A stretch of DNA of 63,846 nt, filler included. It is 11 parts of 11 records of this genome, joined end to end, with 100 filler letters (N's around TTAATTAATTAA, not from the genome) between each part and the next. Parts side by side here need not be neighbours in the genome. Positions count along the whole stretch, not along the records: positions 53,775 to 60,594 come from SRR15195285_2741; positions 60,695 to 63,846 come from SRR15195285_2779; 9 more parts are not named here. One strand, given 5' to 3'. The notes below the pieces were generated by a model that was given only the letters and a program-made list of their open reading frames with translations, did no database searches and was not told where the DNA came from. Positions 56,801 through 63,846 of this stretch are shown here, piece after piece. How positions within the stretch are numbered: the first letter of the stretch is position 1; each line of letters starts with the position of its first letter. The position numbers and the translations under genes were made by a program.

Positions 56801-59800
56801 TATTAGTTAGCGATCCGCTGCCATGTTTTGCAAGACCTTCCGGGGTAGATCGCGGCCTATCAATCAAGTGTTGATCCAGGTCCAAGGAACTAGTGTCAAT
56901 TGTTGCACTACTCTGGTTGCTCAAAGTTCTGCTAAGAGTCTGTCTGAGCGTCTGTACGCCCTCCTCTGCCGACTTCGTGTCCTCAGGCGTCCAGGAGACA
57001 AGGATCAGCAGACCGATGAGGCAGACAACAGCCCCACCTGCAACCAATGAACAGCCAATGATGCTGTTGAGATCAGCCTCGGGGCAGTCGCTGCACTGTT
57101 TGGTTTTCTTGTCCACCAGTCGACCTCGCCCACAGCTCTGGCAAAGAGGCCCTTGTCGGCCGTCTATGCACGAAAAGCTGTAGTTGTGTTCAGTTTTATC
57201 ATCGAGTGGAAACGCTGGGCAAAGAACATGCTCTCTATCGCTCTCAGCTGGACACAGGTACAACGTTTGTTGCCGGCGCTGCTGTGGCAAGCTTATATGA
57301 GACAAGGTCCGGCTCCCCACACTGCCGTTGAGCCTCCAACCTGCCTTTGCCCAAATAGCTCCATCCTCGCAGTCAGCACAGTCAGGGCACGGCAAGCAAC
57401 TCCTGGTTGCAATCGACTTAGGATCGCCGTAAAGTGGCGCTGGGGGCCAGTCTGCTAATACGCAATCAACGACCCCTGCAATCGTTGGATTGTAGAACCT
57501 ATCCGAGCATTCGCACGAGCTACCATCATGGCTTGCTCGAGTACCTAGCTCTTTACAATCACGCGTGCAGCTCAGACGTGACGAGTACGACTGGACCACC
57601 GCAGAAAAATTAGATTTGCAGACACACTCATTGCCGGCTTCATTTGGGATGGTGTGCGTGGCTTCTGAGCATTCGAGTGGACCATATTCGACCGTACGCA
57701 ATGTGTCGTACTGTACCTCCTTGTTGTCTGCCGACGTACTTGGATGGAACTCTCGCCCCTCGTGGAAGAAGCGGAACGCATGTGGTCCCTTGATCTGTAT
57801 CCAGCGTGGCGGCACCGTGGCCGTGAACGTGCCGTTGCGATTGTCAATCATAGGTGTGCTATAATTGCAGCTCACAGCAGCAACATCACCACAATAGGCC
57901 ATGCTGAGATTCCTCAGCAAGCCTCCCTCGCGTGCTGCCTGGTCGTCAGCATCGCGCAACTGAAGTCGCCAGCTGCATGACTGTCCAACCCTGCATGTGG
58001 AAGGCGGTCGTACCCAAGTGCCACGGCATCCCGCACCCGGACGTCCACTTTCGCTTTCAACGTTGCAGCGTGAATCGGGGTATTGTGCCGAGCTCTCTAA
58101 AATGATCGGCACGTTAACAATACCAACAGATAGCGTGTGAAGCTTTCCCAGACCGTGTGTCAGGTCACTCAGGTCGACAGCGGAGGCGTTCAGTGGATTT
58201 TTGTCCAGATAAAGGTGAGTTACGTTGCCTGGAGCAGCCGCAGGGAGCGAACTGAACGAGTTGTTGGTCAGCCGCAGGACTTTGAGAGACCGGCAGCCTG
58301 ATAAGTCTGGAATAGTCCCAGCTAGAGCGTTAGAATCGAGGTAAAGGTTGTTCAGCTTGTCCAAATGTCTGATCTGCGGCGGTAGGGTGCCACTCAGACG
58401 ACAATTGTACAGCGAGAGCTCCTCCAAAACAGTCAGGGTGCCCATCTCAGGTGGAATGGTACCTGAAATGTACGTGTCCGGCAGGTCTAAAATCTGCATT
58501 GCAGTCAGGGCACGCACCGCGCTTGGAATGGTTCCACTCAGACGTGACGCATAAATCTGGAGCCGCTGGAGCTGCTTCAAGCCGTCCAAGTCCTTCGACA
58601 GAGTGCCACTTACTCGCGTCCCTGCCGCAGAGAATCTCTGCAGCGCTGCCATGCCTCCAATGGCAGCACCAAGGGTGCCACTCACGTGTGTGCTGCCCAG
58701 ACCCAAGGTACCAAGGGCCTTCATTTCACTCATGGCGGTGATGAGTGTCCCAGAGATACCCGTGCCTCCTCCCAGATCCAGGTTGGGCGTGGTTTCAGAT
58801 TGACAGCAAGGACAACTTCTACAGCACGTGAACGCAGGCGCAGTAGACCGGAAGTTTGGTATTTTCGTCAACGACTTGACGAGCGTCCCTGAAATATGAC
58901 TTCCATCAATCGCCAGGCTCCACAGTGATGCCATGTGTTGAATCGTCGACGGAAGGTACCCACTAAGACCCGTGTCGGAAATAGACAAACACTGCAGCGT
59001 GCTTATCTGTCCGAGAGCGAGAGGTAGCGAACCCGTGATCGCAGACTTATGCAGGTGAAGCAGTGCAAGTGATGACATGCTTCCGATATTCTCCGACAGC
59101 GTGCCTGAGATGCGCGTGTCGGACAGCGACAACGTCACCAAGTTCGTCGCCTCGCTGACACCGGACATTATAGTCCCAGACAGTCGGGTCTTGTACAAGA
59201 TCAGCTGCACTAAACTTTCCTGGATGGTTGGGATGGTTCCTGACAGCGCCGTCTCGTCCAAATCCAGAATCTGAAGGCTAGCTATGCCACCTAAAGCCTG
59301 TGGCATCGTGCCGTGAAGCCCGGATCCCCACAGCGACAGGGACAGCAGGGAGGTCAGCTGCTCCAGCTCCTCTCCCAGTGTGAATACTACGTCAGGTGCT
59401 ATCACCTCAATCATGGTGATGTGCTTGTCTGAAGAGCATGTCACTCCCTCCCATAGCGCCGAGCCGCACGTGCATGGGTCTGCGGTCGCGCTCCAACCAC
59501 TAAGCGCTCGGCTGCCCACGTCAAGAACGAACGAATCTAGCAGCGCGTGTCTCTCATGGTCGTAGCACCTGCCGTCGTCGGCATTGGCCGCGGAATCGAA
59601 GCTCGAGGATGACGGATCTGTGCAGCCACGCACGATTTCGCTCGCAGCAGCACACCAGTACTCAAGCGCAAAGCTTGGAGTAGTGCTGGTGTACTGGTAT
59701 GCCCAGTCCAGTATCATCGAGCCGCTCTCTGCCACAAAGGCCGCTGGTGCGGCAATGCCGCAGAGCATATCGAGCAGCGGCGGCGAGCTGCCGTCTTCTC

Positions 59801-60440
59801 CATCGTACAACGACAGCGCGTCCGAAAACCCGGCATTTGATCCTATCCCATACTCTGAAGAGAACGAAATGAACCGCACAAACACTGCCTGGGACTTCGA
59901 GCACGTGATGATCCACGTGCACGTCGGCGAGTTGCTGTACTGGGCGGTAAAGTTCAGGAGCTGCCTGTCCGTCGTTTCGCCTCTCAGGCGAGCCGGCTCG
60001 GGTGCCGGACACTCCGCAGACGAGCCCTGTAGTCTGCGAGGCATCAGCGAGTCCGTGGCGCGCAGGCGTTGAGCGGCGCCGTCCTGTACCGCTCTCGGGT
60101 TCGGAGCGTGTAGTCCAGCGCTCAACGCGGCAGCGAGGGGAGCGGTTCCTGTGGGTGTCTGCGCGCCACTACCGTCCCTCGTGTGCCCTCCCTCCGCGAA
60201 GGGTGCGTCAGGCGTTGGCATGTGCACAGGCGACGCGCGTTCAACCTGCGTGGCGGGCACAGCGCGCGCAACCGCTGGGTCCGCAAGCACCCGCTCCAGC
60301 ACGCCGTCATCCCGCATCGCCGCCGCGAGCTGCCGCACATCCAGCGAATGATCTGCGGTGGAGTGCGCGCTGCTGGCAACGGGGACGAGGAGGCACAGCA
60401 GCAGCCCCCAAGCAGCGACCCATTGGAAGGACTGGGCCAT
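53806..60440 (-). CDS. Giant receptor: signal peptide-CUB-LRR array-Ig/filamin-like-Cys-rich-multi-TM-TIR-TIR-like (2 exons, ~2180 aa)
   Basis: MAQSFQWVAAWGLLLCLLVPVASS signal peptide, CUB (YSNSPTCTWII.C...F.SE...D.L.LYDG), more than 15 LxLxxTxxSGTxP LRRs and ~8-9 TM segments with YYWE....RK. The 89-nt intron 55058-55146 completes the TIR (VFLSHYQ...IW|YDKD...GVK....IAYLTKDYL.RPFCRKEIRWA). Confidence 0.9.
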
Positions 60441-60594
60441 ACTGCAGATGCCTGCCTGAGAGCCTGCTGACCCGTCACGGTCAGCAGCCCGCGGCCGCAC
60501 TACGTAGACTGGGGCCCGCGCGATCATTCGAATCATGGACTGCATGCACGTGGGAACCGCATACATACGCACGCACGCCTCATGATCATGCATC

Positions 60595-60694
60595 NNNNNN
60601 NNNNNNNNNNNNNNNNNNNNNNNNNNNNNNNNNNNNNNTTAATTAATTAANNNNNNNNNNNNNNNNNNNNNNNNNNNNNNNNNNNNNNNNNNNN
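60595..60694. other. Artificial contig linker
   Basis: N44-TTAATTAATTAA-N44. Confidence 0.98.
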
Positions 60695-60722
60695 GCATAA
60701 GGCGCCTTATGCCCGGTGTCAC
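60695..60722. repeat. Hairpin/palindromic interspersed repeat, copy 2 (truncated by contig edge)
   Basis: gcataaggcgccttatgc is a perfect 18-bp palindrome followed by ccggtgtcac, matching 5398-5429. Confidence 0.75.
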
Positions 60723-61014
60723 CATACACATCAGATGGGAACACATGAGCCTACTCGACCGCTTGCTCGTGATGTGGCGGACGAAACTGCCGCAAGTGTG
60801 ATCTGGCGTGAGGAACTTGTATCTACATCGTATTGCACACGCCTGACTTCGCTGCTACAGGGATTGTGTTGCCCTGGGTGTCACATACGCACACCCCAAC
60901 GTTTCTGAGATGGCTGTGTATAGCCTCCGTGGCAAGATCAAAGCGCGATCTTGTATTGGAACCACTGACGAATAGTAGGCACGAGTCACGACGCACGCCG
61001 GTACACAATATCAA

Positions 61015-63649
61015 TCAAAGCTTGGGTACATCCCGTGGAGGGATACTACGCATGAAGTGCCGTCGCATGCTTTCGTACAGGTGCTTGCGTGTGTTTGGAC
61101 CCAGCTCGTCCTCGATCGCATGGGTGCGGTTCGGGTAGGGAAGCACCTCGAAGTACTTGTCCTGCTTCACTAGCTCGTCTATCAACAACTCAGCATGCTG
61201 ATAGTGAACATTGTCATCGCCGGTGCCGTGGACCAGCAGAAGGCTCTGGTTGTCCGTCAAGCCTGATACAAATGCTATCGGCGAGCAATCGATATAATTT
61301 TGCCGAATGCTTGGGTCAGCTTCACTTGGTACTCCCATGAATCGCTCCTGCCAGATCGAGTCGTACCTGCTCCGCCGGGTGAATAATCATCCATCAAAAT
61401 GATGCTTCGAGGATCTAAGTGAAAACTGCTTGGATTTATACTAACAGGCACCTACATTAGGTAGTTGTAATTGCCGGCCACCGCGCAGCCTGCCTTGTAT
61501 AGCGTGGGATGCCGACACATCGCATACACAGTGGACGAGCCGCCGCCGGACCAGCCCCAAGTGCCGACCTTCGCCGGGTCAATGCAACTCCACTCGCTAC
61601 AAAGCTGGCGTACTGCTGCTGCGTGATCATCCGCTGACGCAAGACCCACCTGCTTGTACTGAGCTTTCCGCCATAGGCGACCGTAGGGCTGTGGCGTACC
61701 GCGGCCGTCAACTGAGATCACAACGTACCCCTGTTGCGCCATCAGTACGTGCCACAAGAAGTGACGATCGCCCCATGAGTTGTTCACTGTGGTTGATCCC
61801 GGGCCGCCGTACACATACACTAGCATGGGATAGTACATTGTCTTCGTCCGATCGAAATGTGGAGGATAGATCACCCATGCCGGCAATGTGTATGTGTCCC
61901 CATCCCGCTCTGAGATTTCGACTGAGAAGAACTCAATTGGACCATGTGCAAGACGGCGGAGTCGCGTGTTCAGGCGCTCGTTACTGAGCAACATCACTGA
62001 CGACTGCACGGCATCAAAGAAATAAAGTGTAAGCAGCAGTCAGTCATTGCAGCAAGACAGAAGTTGATGAGCTACGGGTACGTATGTCGAACCTCATGAG
62101 ATGGTAGTGAGACCACCTCCACCGTTGGAGCCCTGCCAAATGAACTGTGCGTGTGAACAGCCCAGTGGCCACCTGGAGAAACAACATAGATGTGTGTACC
62201 AGGGCACCCAGGAGGGGTCAAGCGCTCAGGTGTACGAGGGCGCAGCTGTGTTGGATCATGTCCACTCAAGTTGCTTTCACGCGGCGGGAGAGCAACCTTG
62301 TACAGATATCGATCAGATTGCTCTTCTTGCGTTGTGCTCATGAAATATACAGCCCCAGCGGTGGTGTCAACGGAGACAATTGTAATCACGTCCTGCTCTT
62401 CACAGCCTGCGACAATTGGATGGACTTTCCCGGTGCTCGCGGAGACCACATAGAGCTGGGCAAACCCACTGCGGTCTGATAACCAGACGAATCTGTTTGC
62501 GTCTATCCAATGCATTGGTGCGACGTCTATCCACGTGTCCTCTGTCTCGGTGAAAACGACGTGGCTAGCACCAGTCGTCGTGTCAGCCACCAAGACATCA
62601 ATCTTCTGTTGCTCTCGCGGAAGGCGCTGCACTGCAACGTGCGTTTCGCTGATAAAATCGAGGCTTGCGAGGTAGTGCTCCGATCTGTCGGACGGCACGA
62701 GGTCCAACCAAAGTGTTTTTTCTGGTTGGTGCGTTGCAGGTGAGCTGCCAACGTGCAGCACGCCTATTCTAGAGGTTGAATTTTTCGTGCCCACCTTCGG
62801 ATAGGGAAAGGAGGTGAGCTTCGTGTAGGGCGCTTCAGAGGTGTTGTCAACAATGTCAAACCATTGCACCATGTCTGTCTGCAGCTGCCAGTATGCTATC
62901 ATGCTGCCGTCTGGTGACCAGCGCCAGCCATCTTTCAGGCTAAGCTCCTCCTCGTGCGCCCAGTCGAAGTTGCCGTTGATCACAGGCGCCATACCTCCGT
63001 GGCCAGGCAAACCATCGAAAGTCAGCTGAGTCACAGCGCCGCTTACAAGATCCTGAACCCAGATGTTATTGTGCTCTACCCAACCAACGTGTGCACCTGT
63101 AGGCGAAAACTTCGCGTACATCTGCACCGCTTCTTCATGCTCCAGTGCGCCCACCGGCGTGACGACGCCGGGGCAACCGATGTCCAGCCAGTAGTAGTCG
63201 CCACGTGTGTTCGTGCGCCAAACCTTGCGGGTGTTGGTAAAGATCAGCAGCTTGGTACCGTCCGCAGACCAGCTATAGTTTGCCACTGTGAGAGCCCGCT
63301 GATGACCTGCTGGTGTCAGCTGCGCTGCTGTTGCTAGCACGGTGCGAGCGAGGGTTCGTACATCATAAGCAACCAGCTCCATCTCGGGTGCAGGCAAACT
63401 GCCAGGAGCGTTCGCACGCTCCTCCGCCAGACCTCCCGCTCCGATCTCGCCCGTTTCGCGAGGTGCACCCACGTGCGCGTCGACCGCAGCGGCGGCTGGC
63501 TCCAGACATGTGTAGGCGTTGCCACCTGCCATCCACCGCACCGATGGTGGCGCATCGCCTCTCAGCTTGGCAGTGTTGTGGATCAGCTCGTTCGTCAGCA
63601 GCTCACCGTCGTCCACACCCGCGGCTACCTCCACGACGCCCACGACCAT
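61015..63649 (-). CDS. Dipeptidyl peptidase IV (S9B) family serine peptidase, 3 exons, ending PKL
   Basis: DPPIV_N propeller motifs (DW.HEEE, WSPDG..IAY, YPKVG..N), YVYGGP, GWSGGG nucleophile, LLVHGTGDDNVH and YPNRTH. Introns at ~62006-62084 and ~61367-61455. Confidence 0.93.
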
Positions 63650-63846
63650 CGTCCGACGCGTCGCTCCTCCCGGCGGATGATCTCACCTGCAGAACAATTT
63701 TTGTGAATTCTGAATTGACTGACCAACACTTGATCATGCTCGACATACACGGCGGTGTAGCGGCAGGATACAGAATCACCGGAATCGGCCGGGCAGCCTC
63801 GGAGAATCCCGAAGGCAACGGTTCGAGTTCTGCTCAGACTGCGTTG

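Noticed and set aside
5464-60694. Ten regularly recurring TTAATTAATTAA palindromes flanked by Ns, as a biological repeat or CRISPR-like array
   Set aside because: They are identical 100-nt N-padded six-frame-stop linkers used to concatenate contigs.

Overview
This window is not one continuous locus. It contains 11 short contigs of a GC-rich, intron-containing microbial eukaryote, joined by an artificial N44-TTAATTAATTAA-N44 linker. A marine single-cell or metagenome assembly is likely, and a Picozoa-like protist is my unverified inference. About 18 protein genes with GT-AG introns can be modelled: a secreted LRR protein, an IQ/coiled-coil protein, two alpha/beta-hydrolases, a ~2800-aa multi-lectin, a cyclic-nucleotide-gated channel, an RPW8/MLKL-like CaaX protein, a coiled-coil ADP-ribosyltransferase, EF-hand, tandem-TIR, tepsin-ENTH-like, two ankyrin, Cys-rich EGF, JmjC and EGF-TLDc proteins, a giant CUB-LRR-multi-TM-TIR receptor, and a DPP-IV peptidase. 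Four observations stand out: (1) a Toll-like receptor analogue whose LRR ectodomain is coupled through a multi-pass membrane domain to a Glu-retaining TIR, visible only after splicing; (2) other innate-immunity or cell-death-like modules on separate contigs; (3) one gene packed with introns that share an internal motif (Introner-like elements); (4) 'Russian-doll' proteins with domains inserted inside other domains, including one unnamed ~100-aa module inserted into three different host domains of one protein. I recognised no rRNA, tRNA or CRISPR array. All domain calls are by eye from motifs; no searches were run.
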